Virus record (IMG/VR): IMGVR_UViG_3300008267_000364
Coordinates: 5,179-69,178 of that record
Reading direction: 5' to 3' (one strand)
DNA: 64,000 nucleotides
Origin: a virus
Shown: one piece after another, positions 37,916 to 47,945 of the stretch
Layout of the letters: each line of letters opens with the position of its first letter
Numbering within the stretch: the first letter of the stretch is position 1
Made by a program: the position numbers and the translations under genes
The notes under the pieces: model-generated
Told to the model about the DNA's origin: nothing
Seen by the model: only the letters and a program-made list of their open reading frames with translations
Database searches by the model: none

Positions 37916-38960
37916 AGACAGAATATTAAAAGGTTTAGGTGGTGACTATTCAGGTTTAAATAATGGTTTCAACAGAATTAACAAGTATATTTATAACATT
38001 CAAAGAGGTTGTTACACTTTACTAGGTGGATTATCAGGTAGCTCCAAAACTACTTTATGTGATTTTATCATATTAAATGGTATCCAAGATGCTAAAGCTA
38101 AAAACATACCTGTTAATGTTACTTATTATTCTTGGGAAATTGATGAGATAAGTAAGAAAGCAAACTGGTTATCTATTCTTATTTACAATAAGTATGATAA
38201 GATTATATCTCCTCAAACTATTAAAGGTCTAGGTGATTCAAGGCTTACAGAAGAAGAACAAGAAATTGTATTTTCTGAGTTACCTGAATTAGAAGACTTA
38301 TTTAGTAAGATAACTTGGCACTGGACTCCAATGAACCCAACAGGATTATATCATGAATGGTGGAATGGAGTAGGTAACAAGGGAGAATTTTCTTATGATA
38401 CTTATGTAGATGAGTCTGGACAATCTAAAGACAGAGTTACTGGTTGGAAAGCAAATAACGCTGAAGAATACAATATTGTAGTATTAGATCACTTGGCTTT
38501 AGCTAAAATGGAAAGAGGATTTACTCTAAAGCAAAATATTGACAAAATATCTGAATACATTGTTGCCTGTAGAAATATGTTTAATATGACATTTTATATA
38601 GTTCAACAATTTAATCAGGGTTTAAGTAATATTGACAGAATTAAATATCGTGGTGTAGACTTATCTCCAGAGCAATCTGATTTTAGAGATTCAGTTAATC
38701 CATATATTGATGCTGACGTTGTTTTAGGTTTATTAAATCCTTATAAAATGCAGTTAGAAACAAGTCTAAATTACAATATTAATGTAGAAGGATTTCCAGG
38801 TAATTTAAAAGGTAAATACAGACTTCTCAAGGTTATTAAAAATAGATTAGGTCAAGATAATATATCTATTGGCTTATATACTAAACCTGAAGCTGGTTAC
38901 TTTGAAGAATTACCTAGAGAAATGACATTAGAAGATTATACAAAATATATAAACAAATAA
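37902..38960 (+). CDS. dnaB: DnaB-like replicative helicase
   Basis: GLSGSSKT, SWE, VLDHL, QQFNQ, DADVV, IKNRLG. Confidence 0.85.
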   Translation: MTQFKDRILKGLGGDYSGLNNGFNRINKYIYNIQRGCYTLLGGLSGSSKTTLCDFIILNGIQDAKAKNIPVNVTYYSWEIDEISKKANWLSILIYNKYDKIISPQTIKGLGDSRLTEEEQEIVFSELPELEDLFSKITWHWTPMNPTGLYHEWWNGVGNKGEFSYDTYVDESGQSKDRVTGWKANNAEEYNIVVLDHLALAKMERGFTLKQNIDKISEYIVACRNMFNMTFYIVQQFNQGLSNIDRIKYRGVDLSPEQSDFRDSVNPYIDADVVLGLLNPYKMQLETSLNYNINVEGFPGNLKGKYRLLKVIKNRLGQDNISIGLYTKPEAGYFEELPREMTLEDYTKYINK

Positions 38961-39629
38961 ATGGGAAGAATTATTTTAACAATTGGAGAACCTGGTTCTG
39001 GTAAATCTAGAGCTATTCTTAATTTAGATGAAGAAACGACTTTATTAGTTAAACCTAATAGAAAAGAACTACCTTTTAAAGGTGGAGCCGTAAAGTATAG
39101 TACTGAAAAAGGTAATGTAGTAAATTGTTCTACGTTTCCTGATTTAGGTAATATTTTACTTAAAGTAAATGAGGGTACAAAGTTTAAAACTGTAGTAATC
39201 GAGGATTTTACTCATTATCTGACTAACAGAGTAATGAATGATGCTAAGATTACTGGATTTCAAAAGTGGACTGATTTAGCAGTTGACGTATTTAAAAATC
39301 TTATCAAGATAGAAGAAAAATTGAGAGAAGATTTAAATGTCATTGTTATTGGTCATACTGAAAGAAATACTGATGTGAATGGTAATAGTGTTATTACTCT
39401 ACAAACTGCTGGTAAATTAATGGATAATCAAATTAAAATTCCTTCTTATTTTACTTATGTACTTCATACTGAGGTAGTTGAGAAAAATGGAAGAATGGAA
39501 TATTCATTCTTAACCAATAGTGATGGTACTAGATTAGCTAAATCTCCAGAAGGATGTTTAGATGCTCATGAACCTAATGACTATAAACTAATACTAGACA
39601 AAATTGCAAAATATCAATTAGGAGAATAA
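38961..39629 (+). CDS. AAA_24/Sak4-like ATPase
   Basis: GEPGSGKS, VIEDF, IGH, AKSP. Confidence 0.8.
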   Translation: MGRIILTIGEPGSGKSRAILNLDEETTLLVKPNRKELPFKGGAVKYSTEKGNVVNCSTFPDLGNILLKVNEGTKFKTVVIEDFTHYLTNRVMNDAKITGFQKWTDLAVDVFKNLIKIEEKLREDLNVIVIGHTERNTDVNGNSVITLQTAGKLMDNQIKIPSYFTYVLHTEVVEKNGRMEYSFLTNSDGTRLAKSPEGCLDAHEPNDYKLILDKIAKYQLGE

Positions 39630-39671
39630 TCCTATTAAAAATTTATTTATTAACTAAAAAACCTTAAAATT

Positions 39672-40265
39672 ATGTTCGATTTTCAAAATGCAGAAGTAAA
39701 CAAAAATTCTTATAAAGAAACTATTAAACCTGGTGTTCATGTAGTTAAAATAACATCAGTAACTAATGGTGTAAGTGCTCAAAAACAATCTCCTTATTTA
39801 GAGTTTACAGTAGAATCTACAGATGGTTCTGCTGAATTAAAACAACAATATTACTTGAGTACTACTGTTAATCCAGGTAAACAAAAATCTGCATGGGATA
39901 TTTCTAAAAATTCAATTTTATCTTTAGTTGCTGCATCTAATAGTTTAGATGAAGAATCAGCTAAATCTAAAATGCCTTCTGCTAAATCTGCTGAAGAATT
40001 AGCTCAAAAGTTAGCTATGCTTACAGTAGGTAAAGAATTCCGTTTAAAAGTTAATGGTGAAGAGAAAATTTCTCAAAAGGGAGTAAAATATGTTGCTTCT
40101 AACTTTGCTAATGGTGTATTTTGTGAGTCTTCTAAAGTAGCTGAAAGTAAATTAGCTTTTAGTGCTGAAAAGAATATCAAAAGATTACCTATTGATGCAG
40201 CTCCTTCTACTCCATCAGTTCAAGATGGATTCTCTGCACCAGTAGATGATTTACCAGCATTTTAA
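39672..40265 (+). CDS. ssDNA-binding protein (DUF669-like)
   Basis: IKPGVHVVKI start, acidic DDLPAF tail, follows the AAA ATPase. Confidence 0.65.
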   Translation: MFDFQNAEVNKNSYKETIKPGVHVVKITSVTNGVSAQKQSPYLEFTVESTDGSAELKQQYYLSTTVNPGKQKSAWDISKNSILSLVAASNSLDEESAKSKMPSAKSAEELAQKLAMLTVGKEFRLKVNGEEKISQKGVKYVASNFANGVFCESSKVAESKLAFSAEKNIKRLPIDAAPSTPSVQDGFSAPVDDLPAF

Positions 40266-40435
40266 TTTATTCCGATAGTAAAGGTAGTAGGTTTACGTTT
40301 TTTTAAATATTTTTCCATGACTTTTTCTAATATTTAAAAAAAAGGGGTAGTGCGACGCTACAAAGAATAATTTAATTTAACTTAGCTGCAAGTATTTGTG
40401 TTAATTTACAGATATTTGCAGCTAATTTTTTAACT

Positions 40436-41431
40436 ATGTTTGATTTTAATAATGCTAGTTTATATATCAGTAAATCTGAGATATTAAAATATATTACTGA
40501 ATTACAAATACTTGAAAGATATTGCAAAAACTTTAAATCTAAAGATTCTAGTTTTCAATCAGAGTTTTATGTAGATAAAAATCCAAGTTGTAGAATAGTA
40601 ATAAGTGCTTCAGGGATACCTTATTATAGAGATTATGGTAATGGTGATTATTTTACAGCATTTGATTATGTTAGTAAAAAATATGGTTCTAATTATCATG
40701 AAACATGCAACATTATTGCTAATGATTTTAATATCAAAAAACATGGTGTAAGTATGTCTCCTAAATTACTTATCAATAATGATGATTCTTATAAACCAAT
40801 TAAAATTAAGTCTAATATTAAACCTTTAATTCAACCTTTCAATATTGTAGATTATAATTATTGGATTCAATTTGGATTAACATTTGATGTTTTAAATTAC
40901 TTTAATGTAAAATCTTGTAGTCATGTATTATTAAACAAAGGAGAAAATCATTATACTTTTGAGTATAAGAAAGATAATCCTGTTTATTCATACAGATTCT
41001 TTAAAGATAATACAGAATATTTTAAAATTTATTTTCCTAAAAGTACTAAAAAAGAACTTAAATGGTTAAGTAATGTTGGACCAGAATGTCTACAAGGTTA
41101 TGATCAATTACCAGATTTAGGAAACTTATTAATCTTAACTAAATCATTAAAAGATGTAATGTGTTATTATATTTTAGGGATACCTGCAATAGCATTACAA
41201 GCTGAAACTAACAAGATTAGTGAGAAATCTTATAATGAATTAGTTCATAGATTTAAAAGAATTATTGTTAACTTTGATAATGATGAACAAGGTAGAATAT
41301 CTACTGGTGATTTTGTTCTAAACTATGATTTAGAATTTTATTTTATTGACGAAGAAAAAGATTTAAGTGATTACATTAAGAAATTTGGTTTAGAAAAAGC
41401 TGAATTAATGATTAAAAATAAATTATTATGA
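40436..41431 (+). CDS. dnaG: DNA primase (TOPRIM)
   Basis: DKNPSC...DYG, TKSLKDVM, NFDNDEQG, KDLSDY. Confidence 0.85.
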   Translation: MFDFNNASLYISKSEILKYITELQILERYCKNFKSKDSSFQSEFYVDKNPSCRIVISASGIPYYRDYGNGDYFTAFDYVSKKYGSNYHETCNIIANDFNIKKHGVSMSPKLLINNDDSYKPIKIKSNIKPLIQPFNIVDYNYWIQFGLTFDVLNYFNVKSCSHVLLNKGENHYTFEYKKDNPVYSYRFFKDNTEYFKIYFPKSTKKELKWLSNVGPECLQGYDQLPDLGNLLILTKSLKDVMCYYILGIPAIALQAETNKISEKSYNELVHRFKRIIVNFDNDEQGRISTGDFVLNYDLEFYFIDEEKDLSDYIKKFGLEKAELMIKNKLL

Positions 41432-41718
41432 TAAATTTAAACTGGGCACAATTTACTGAGAAATACAGACCTATAAACAATACTTTTGAAAAAGATCCTC
41501 CTTGTGATGGTCATCTATTTGAAGATAGAGACTTATTAAAAAAAGTATATCCTAATAACATTTGGTCATTAATTGATGATAATGATGGTGAAGATATGTA
41601 CATTACAAATGGACTTAGAATAATAAATTGTTTAGGTTATTTAATAACAATAGAACCTTGGAAAGATAATACTACTGTTGAAGTAAGACTTGAAGATGGT
41701 TATGAAATAAAAGAATAA
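41428..41718 (+). CDS. Hypothetical protein
   Basis: 96 aa, coupled to primase. Confidence 0.65.
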   Translation: MINLNWAQFTEKYRPINNTFEKDPPCDGHLFEDRDLLKKVYPNNIWSLIDDNDGEDMYITNGLRIINCLGYLITIEPWKDNTTVEVRLEDGYEIKE

Positions 41719-41719
41719 T

Positions 41720-42052
41720 ATGGAAACTTTTAATCAACAAGAATTTAAAGAATTACTAGGTCCTTTTCAGTATGCAACATTAATAACAGAATATATTTAT
41801 TCTCTACAAGATGATTTTAAAACATTAAAACCAGACTTTTACTATTATGATTTTTCATTATTTAAAGGTACTTTTGATGGTGAACCTAAAGAATTTACTA
41901 TTGAGTTTGTATATCATTTAACTGAAGAAAATGTTTTTAAAATTGCAATAAATAATGTTTTTATTAAAACATCATCTGAAGATGCTGATGAACTCTTAGA
42001 TAGAATAAATGAATTAGATAAACTTAATGAATTAGACAATGGAGAAGATTAA
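41720..42052 (+). CDS. Acidic hypothetical protein
   Basis: 110-aa ORF. Confidence 0.6.
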   Translation: METFNQQEFKELLGPFQYATLITEYIYSLQDDFKTLKPDFYYYDFSLFKGTFDGEPKEFTIEFVYHLTEENVFKIAINNVFIKTSSEDADELLDRINELDKLNELDNGED

Positions 42053-42464
42053 AGTAAGTATTGAATTAACTGATAACTGGAATAGAGAAGAATTTAGACA
42101 ATTAGTTTATAACATTAAAAATAAATTATATGATACATGTGATGTAGAATATGAATTATGGATTATTACAACAAATAATAATTCAACATATGTTAATGCT
42201 GTAGCTGAACAATTAGAAGTTCCAGAATCAAGAGTTATTTTATGTTTAACAGATAGTACTAAAGTAGGTCAGATAACAACTAATGTAGATATACATTTTG
42301 ATAATACTGAACCTATTGTTCAAGCAGTAACTTTAAATGGTAAAATTTGGGGTATTTTAGTAGATCGAAAATTAGATTATCAAAAATTAGGATTTAAATA
42401 TATTTCTGATTTTAAAAGATTTTCTGAAATTATTTTGAGAGCAAGAAAAGATGAGACAATCTAA
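42039..42464 (+). CDS. Degenerate HAD-like protein
   Basis: LWIITT...K...DIHFDN; first Asp motif not conserved. Confidence 0.45.
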   Translation: MEKIKVSIELTDNWNREEFRQLVYNIKNKLYDTCDVEYELWIITTNNNSTYVNAVAEQLEVPESRVILCLTDSTKVGQITTNVDIHFDNTEPIVQAVTLNGKIWGILVDRKLDYQKLGFKYISDFKRFSEIILRARKDETI

Positions 42465-43020
42465 AATTGGAATTAGAATTAAAAAACCTATTAAAAAACC
42501 TAAGAAAAAAGCTGTACCTCATGGTATTCCAACTAGTTTCAATGGTGTAAATTTAAGATCTGGATTAGAAAAGAACTGTTATAGAAGATTATTAGAATCA
42601 GGTATAACAGATTTTAACTATGAAAGTGATGTATTTACTTTACAAGATAAGTTTACATTTAAAGGTACATCTTATCAACTTTATAAAAGAATGATGACTT
42701 ATGATCAATGTGTTAGTGAAGGTTTAAATGCTAGATTTAAAAACAAAAATAAACCTAAATACGTTTATCAATTTGGTGAAGTAAGTAATAATTTAAGAGC
42801 TATTACAATTAAACCTGATTTTAGTAAGTTAAATCATCAAACTAAAACAGGTTGGATAATAGAAACTAAAGGAGATTATACTAATGAGTATCAATTGAAA
42901 TTAAGATTATTTAAAAAATATCTTAATGATAATGGGTGGGTAATAGATTATTTTGCTCCTAATAATTTAACTAATATTAATAAGTCAATAGCAATAATTA
43001 AAAAGAAATACTATGTATAA
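42451..43020 (+). CDS. PD-(D/E)XK endonuclease, T7 endonuclease I / resolvase-like
   Basis: RSGLE, YE, KPDF, IETKG. Confidence 0.8.
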   Translation: MRQSKIGIRIKKPIKKPKKKAVPHGIPTSFNGVNLRSGLEKNCYRRLLESGITDFNYESDVFTLQDKFTFKGTSYQLYKRMMTYDQCVSEGLNARFKNKNKPKYVYQFGEVSNNLRAITIKPDFSKLNHQTKTGWIIETKGDYTNEYQLKLRLFKKYLNDNGWVIDYFAPNNLTNINKSIAIIKKKYYV

Positions 43021-43163
43021 AGTAGAACATGCAGACTTAGAAAAGATTACAAGATTTTTAGATAAGTTTAGTAAAAACCCATATCCTACAAAAAAATTAG
43101 TTTCAAAATGCTCTAATTTATCTAAAATGATTAAAGATAAATACACAGAGATAAAACCATATT

Positions 43164-43928
43164 ATGATAGCACTAATAGACGCTGATCACATTCCATATA
43201 TTGTCTGTCATAATAAGATAGATGAACCTGAAAAATCTTTACAAGAATGTATTGATGGTTCAAATAGTTATTTACAAGGATTAATAAATGGATGCAAAGC
43301 AGATGAATTTCATCTGTTTTTTACAATAGGTAGAAACTTTAGATATGATATTTATCCTGAATATAAAGCTCATAGAAAAAGTTTAGATAAACCACTTTGG
43401 TTTTATGATGTAAGAGATTATTTGATAAATGAATATCAAGGTATTTCTTTTTCAGAACTAGAAGCAGATGATTTATTATGTATTTATAAGAATAAATATA
43501 TAAATGAATCAAAACCATATATTGTAGTTTCTACAGATAAAGATATTAATAATCTTGAAGGTATGAATTATGATATTAAGAATGATGTAGTAAGAATAGT
43601 AGATAAAGAATTTGCAGATCAGTACTTTTGGAGTTCAATAGTTACAGGAGATTCTGCAGATAATATTAAAGGTATTCCAGGTAAAGGTCCAGCTTTTGTG
43701 AAAAAGTTGTGGGATCAATGTAAAGACTCAGGTGAATCATTAAATTTATTTAAAGCAAAAGTAATAAGTGAATATTTAAATTATTTTGGTGAACTAAAAG
43801 GTGTAGAAGAGTTTTATAAAAATTATAAGTGTTTAAAAATAGTAGAATCTTATGACAGTATCCAATTTATGAATCCTTTAAACACTTCATTGATCTATGC
43901 AAAGACGCTTGGAATGGCTTTTGAATAA
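43164..43928 (+). CDS. 5'-3' exonuclease (T7 gp6/FEN-like)
   Basis: LIDAD, NFR...YKAHR, EADD, DKD, GDSADNIKGIPGKG. Confidence 0.9.
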   Translation: MIALIDADHIPYIVCHNKIDEPEKSLQECIDGSNSYLQGLINGCKADEFHLFFTIGRNFRYDIYPEYKAHRKSLDKPLWFYDVRDYLINEYQGISFSELEADDLLCIYKNKYINESKPYIVVSTDKDINNLEGMNYDIKNDVVRIVDKEFADQYFWSSIVTGDSADNIKGIPGKGPAFVKKLWDQCKDSGESLNLFKAKVISEYLNYFGELKGVEEFYKNYKCLKIVESYDSIQFMNPLNTSLIYAKTLGMAFE

Positions 43929-44478
43929 CGGGTATATTGAAGATAACAGTATAAAATATACCAGAACTACAAGATTTCTAATGCCTTTAATAGGGGTATC
44001 AGAATTAGAATTAAAAAAACTTTCTCCTGAAATTTTAATAAATGCACATATTAAAAGTAAAGAAGAAAAAATTATTTATGTAATACTAAATAAAGAAATT
44101 AATTTATTATTATTGCAGGATTTTATTGCAAATCAAAATTTTAATGAAAACTTTGTTGATTATATAGAAGAAGAAGATGAATTCATTCTTATTTATAGAT
44201 TACAAGAACATTTTTATGAAGATTATAATAAAATTATACAAGGACAGTACTCTAAAACTTCAGATCCATTTAAACAAATCATAACTAGAATTTATGGTAG
44301 TAAATCAAATCAAGAATGTCATCTACCTAGTATTTATGATGCTTTATATCCTACAGATAAAAAGCGAAAAATGTATGCTAAGTTTTTAGATGTACATCAC
44401 ACATTACTAAATGAGGTGTCAAGTATCCCAAATCTTGAATATGAAATTTACAAACCTATAAATCAACTCTATGAATAA
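43897..44478 (+). CDS. Hypothetical protein
   Basis: 193-aa ORF; start uncertain. Confidence 0.6.
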   Translation: MQRRLEWLLNNGYIEDNSIKYTRTTRFLMPLIGVSELELKKLSPEILINAHIKSKEEKIIYVILNKEINLLLLQDFIANQNFNENFVDYIEEEDEFILIYRLQEHFYEDYNKIIQGQYSKTSDPFKQIITRIYGSKSNQECHLPSIYDALYPTDKKRKMYAKFLDVHHTLLNEVSSIPNLEYEIYKPINQLYE

Positions 44479-44677
44479 AATCGAAGAAGTACTTGACAAA
44501 GCTAAAATTTCCAAAGATAGAATGTTTCCTATCTTAAATAAAATTGACAGAATATGGTTAGCAAATCATGAATTATCATTTTGTGAATTAATAAAATTAA
44601 TTAACATTAATAGTGTTGATGACATTGAATTTACAAAAAAATTAGATACCTTTATAGAAACTAATAATATTAAGTAA
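44471..44677 (+). CDS. Hypothetical protein
   Basis: 68-aa ORF. Confidence 0.55.
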   Translation: MNKIEEVLDKAKISKDRMFPILNKIDRIWLANHELSFCELIKLININSVDDIEFTKKLDTFIETNNIK

Positions 44678-44678
44678 T

Positions 44679-44996
44679 ATGATGGAACAAGACTTAAGTA
44701 AAGCTGGATTAAAATATGATGAAGGCAAAACTAGGTTTGATCTCTATCCTTTAGATGCATATGAAGGTTGTGCAAAAGTATTAACTTTTGGTGCAAGTAA
44801 ATATACACCTGGAGGATGGAAATCTGTTCCTCAACCTAAGCAAAGATATTATTCAGCATTAATAAGACATCTTAATGCTCAAATGAAGTATATTCATGAT
44901 GGTAATGAAGGATTAGCCTTAGATGAAGAATCAGGTTTACCTCACTTAGATCATGCCCAATGTTGTTTAATTTTTTTAAGAGAAACTAGTAAATGA
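44679..44996 (+). CDS. dATP/dGTP diphosphohydrolase domain protein (DUF5664-like)
   Basis: KYDEGK, VLTFGASKY, RH, DEESGLPHLDHA. Confidence 0.85.
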   Translation: MMEQDLSKAGLKYDEGKTRFDLYPLDAYEGCAKVLTFGASKYTPGGWKSVPQPKQRYYSALIRHLNAQMKYIHDGNEGLALDEESGLPHLDHAQCCLIFLRETSK

Positions 44997-45868
44997 TACT
45001 AAATAAGAAACAAGAATCAATTTATACCTGGCTTACTAACAAGCCAGGTTATTTAAAATGCAGTCCTAAAGTAATTGCTAAAAACTATCCTAAAGAATCT
45101 AAAACTAAAGATATTGAAATTGCTTTACAAAAAGCTAGATTAGATACTAAACCTGTTTCAAAATCACAGGATAATAATATCATTCTTAGTAAAAATTTTA
45201 ATGAAGACAATATTTTAGTTATAGGAGATACTCATTATCCATTTCAAAGAGAAGGATATTTAGAGCATCTTCTAAAGTGTAGAACAGATTATAACTGTGG
45301 TACTATTGTACACATAGGTGATGTAATTGATAATGCTTACTCCTCATTCCATGAAACTAATCCTGATGGACATAGTGCTGCTGATGAGTTAGAGTTTGCT
45401 ACAGAGCAATTACAGTATATGTATAAAGAGTTTCCTAAAGCTAAAGTATGTTTAGGTAATCATGATTTAATTATTAATAGGAAAGCATTTAGTTCAGGTG
45501 TTTCTAAGAGGTGGATAAAAGGATTAGATGAAGTTTTAGATGTTCCAGGATGGGAATTTGATATTGAGCATATTATTAATGGAGTATTATTTACTCATGG
45601 AACTGGTACTTCAGGTCAGAATGCTGCTTATAACAAAGCTTTAAACAGAAGAATGTCTGTAGTACAAGGTCATTTACATTCAGAAGCTAACATTCGTTTT
45701 AATGTATCTAAAAGTGATATTATTTTTGGAATGCAAGTAGGATGTGGAGTAGATGATAGAAAATATGCCTTTGATTATGCTAAAGCTCACCCTAGAAAAT
45801 TTATTATTTCTTGTGGTGTAGTATTGAATAAAGGAAAATTACCAATTGTTTTACCAATGAATTTATAA
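44993..45868 (+). CDS. Calcineurin-like metallophosphoesterase
   Basis: GDTH, GDVID, GNHD, THG, GHLH. Confidence 0.88.
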   Translation: MILNKKQESIYTWLTNKPGYLKCSPKVIAKNYPKESKTKDIEIALQKARLDTKPVSKSQDNNIILSKNFNEDNILVIGDTHYPFQREGYLEHLLKCRTDYNCGTIVHIGDVIDNAYSSFHETNPDGHSAADELEFATEQLQYMYKEFPKAKVCLGNHDLIINRKAFSSGVSKRWIKGLDEVLDVPGWEFDIEHIINGVLFTHGTGTSGQNAAYNKALNRRMSVVQGHLHSEANIRFNVSKSDIIFGMQVGCGVDDRKYAFDYAKAHPRKFIISCGVVLNKGKLPIVLPMNL

Positions 45869-45869
45869 T

Positions 45870-46169
45870 ATGATACAAGAAGAATTACAACAATTTATAG
45901 AAAAATGGGCTGAAGATAAAGGCTTATTAAAAGAAGAAAATGCTCCTAAGCAAATGTTAAAATTATCTGAAGAAGTTGGAGAATTAGCAGGTGCTTACTT
46001 AAAGAATAAACATGAAGAAGTTGTTGATGCTATTGGAGATATTCAAGTAGTGTTAATTATTTTATCTAAGCAATTAGGTTTAGATTATAATCAATGTTTA
46101 GAAGGAGCTTACAATGTTATTAAAAATAGAACAGGTAAGTTAGTTAATGGATCTTTTATCAAAGATTAA
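45870..46169 (+). CDS. MazG-like NTP pyrophosphohydrolase
   Basis: KLSEEVGEL, DAIGD, IKNRTGK...F.K. Confidence 0.88.
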   Translation: MIQEELQQFIEKWAEDKGLLKEENAPKQMLKLSEEVGELAGAYLKNKHEEVVDAIGDIQVVLIILSKQLGLDYNQCLEGAYNVIKNRTGKLVNGSFIKD

Positions 46170-46170
46170 T

Positions 46171-46365
46171 ATGGATAGACAAGAAGGATATTACTATGTT
46201 AAATATGGAAATCAATTTGAAATAGCTAAATTTGAAAAACATCAAAAAATAAGTGGTATTTCTACTTGTTGGTACATATGTGGTATAGAAAATTGTTTTT
46301 ATGATGAAGATTTTGAACATATTAATGAAGTAAGAATTAAAATGCCTGGAGAATTACCAGATTAA
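46171..46365 (+). CDS. Hypothetical protein
   Basis: Start reassigned from 46147 to MDRQEGYY. Confidence 0.55.
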   Translation: MDRQEGYYYVKYGNQFEIAKFEKHQKISGISTCWYICGIENCFYDEDFEHINEVRIKMPGELPD

Positions 46366-46375
46366 ATTATAAAAT

Positions 46376-46915
46376 ATGTCGCAAGTTAGATTTATAGGAT
46401 GCTTACATTTTAGCCATGAGTCAGTAGCTAAATGGAGAGATTTTGAAAATTCTTTTTACCATGATGAACTTTTAATTAGTCATTGGAATAGAACTGTTCA
46501 TAAGAAAGATTTAACTTATATTCTTGGTGATGTAACTATGGAAAAATCTAATGATTATTATCAATTAGATAGATTAAATGGTAGAAAAATAGTAGTACTT
46601 GGAAACCATGATCTATGGCAAGATGTACCTAAATTATTAAATTATGTAGATGGAGTAGCAGGAATGATTGACTATAAAGGGTTTGCATTAACTCATGCTC
46701 CTATTCACATTAGTGAAATAGGTCAGTATAAAGGAAATATTCATGCTCATATTCATCATAATAATAAATTAGCAGATTTTGATGTTAATTTAAAATATGA
46801 TGATATTGAGAACAATCCTGTAATTAATACTAAAAATAGATATTTTTGTGTAGATGCTAAATTAATTGATTTTAAACCAAAAACTATTGAAGAACTTTTA
46901 AATAGTACATTATGA
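46376..46915 (+). CDS. Calcineurin-like phosphoesterase
   Basis: GCLHFSH (Cys in place of the usual Asp), LGD, GNHD, THAP, HAHIH. Confidence 0.8.
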   Translation: MSQVRFIGCLHFSHESVAKWRDFENSFYHDELLISHWNRTVHKKDLTYILGDVTMEKSNDYYQLDRLNGRKIVVLGNHDLWQDVPKLLNYVDGVAGMIDYKGFALTHAPIHISEIGQYKGNIHAHIHHNNKLADFDVNLKYDDIENNPVINTKNRYFCVDAKLIDFKPKTIEELLNSTL

Positions 46916-47253
46916 GTGGAGGACATTTTTATTGGAATCAATCAAGAATTAAAGAAATTTCAGAAGAAATACAAAATCTTATTGAAAAAAATGGTCTTGA
47001 AAAAACTGAAGAAGAAATAAAAGAAGAAGGATGGAAAGATCCTAATTGGTATGAATTATATCCTGAAGATAAATTTCATCGTAAGTATTCAGAAGAAGTT
47101 CTTGATCAGTTTAAAATAGCAGTAGATATACTTAACAAATCTTATATCTATGCTCAAAGAATAGATTGGTTATTAAGTGGTGATGATAGTGAAGAAGCAT
47201 TTTTAATAAGATTAAAAAATGAATTAGATGAAAAAAATAAAACTAAAAAGTGA
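46912..47253 (+). CDS. Conserved phage hypothetical protein
   Basis: MSGGHF...YAQRIDWLLSGDD. Confidence 0.7.
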   Translation: MSGGHFYWNQSRIKEISEEIQNLIEKNGLEKTEEEIKEEGWKDPNWYELYPEDKFHRKYSEEVLDQFKIAVDILNKSYIYAQRIDWLLSGDDSEEAFLIRLKNELDEKNKTKK

Positions 47254-47518
47254 AGAATTTATTATCCCTGTAATTAATTACATGCTTAGAGAGTTTGATG
47301 CAGATTATGAATCTGTTAAGAAAAAACCTATCATCAAAAAAATGGCATGGTTTGAATATTACTGGGATACTCCTGAAAGTAAACAAGAATGGAGAGATTG
47401 GACTAAAGATTTTATAAAGAATAATGTAAATTATAAACCTTATAAAATAGATAAAATTATTAATGAAATAGATTTAATGTATGGCTTAAAAGTGTATGAT
47501 AATGGTGTTAAAAAATAG
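47228..47518 (+). CDS. Hypothetical protein
   Basis: 96-aa overlapping ORF. Confidence 0.6.
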   Translation: MKKIKLKSEEFIIPVINYMLREFDADYESVKKKPIIKKMAWFEYYWDTPESKQEWRDWTKDFIKNNVNYKPYKIDKIINEIDLMYGLKVYDNGVKK

Positions 47519-47882
47519 TGTAATTTGTAATAAGTGTAAACAAGAAATTGAATCTAAACATAGACATGACTTTGTAGAATGTAAATGTGGTAATGTTGCT
47601 GTAGATGGAGGTCATGACTATCAAAGAGTTCTTGGTAGTGATTACACTTCAAGTAGTATTTATGATGATGGTACTCATGAACTTAGAAGAGAATATTTAA
47701 CATGGGGTAAAAACTATGATGAAAATATGCGTAGATTACCTAAAACTCAATGGATTCCTATCAAAGACATGACTTCTGAACATATTAATGCTATTATATT
47801 AGGAGGATTTGCTCCTGAAGGTAGTATGATGAGACCTATATTTGTAAAAGAATTAGAGTATCGAGATTTCAAAAATAAGTAA
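47496..47882 (+). CDS. Zn-ribbon protein
   Basis: CNKC...IESKHRHDF..CKCG..AVDGG. Confidence 0.75.
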   Translation: MIMVLKNSVICNKCKQEIESKHRHDFVECKCGNVAVDGGHDYQRVLGSDYTSSSIYDDGTHELRREYLTWGKNYDENMRRLPKTQWIPIKDMTSEHINAIILGGFAPEGSMMRPIFVKELEYRDFKNK

Positions 47883-47886
47883 ATTT

Positions 47887-47933
47887 AAAAAGCCCTTTCA
47901 GAAATTAAATCTAAAAGGGCTTTATTTTTTTTT
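47887..47933. terminator. Bidirectional intrinsic terminator between convergent modules
   Basis: AAAGCCCTTT / AAAGGGCTTT stem flanked by A and T tracts. Confidence 0.85.
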
Positions 47934-47945
47934 ATTCAGTAATGG

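Noticed and set aside
44679-46169. Diaminopurine (Z-base) genome pathway
   Set aside because: No PurZ/PurA homolog in the window; these hydrolase families are common without it.
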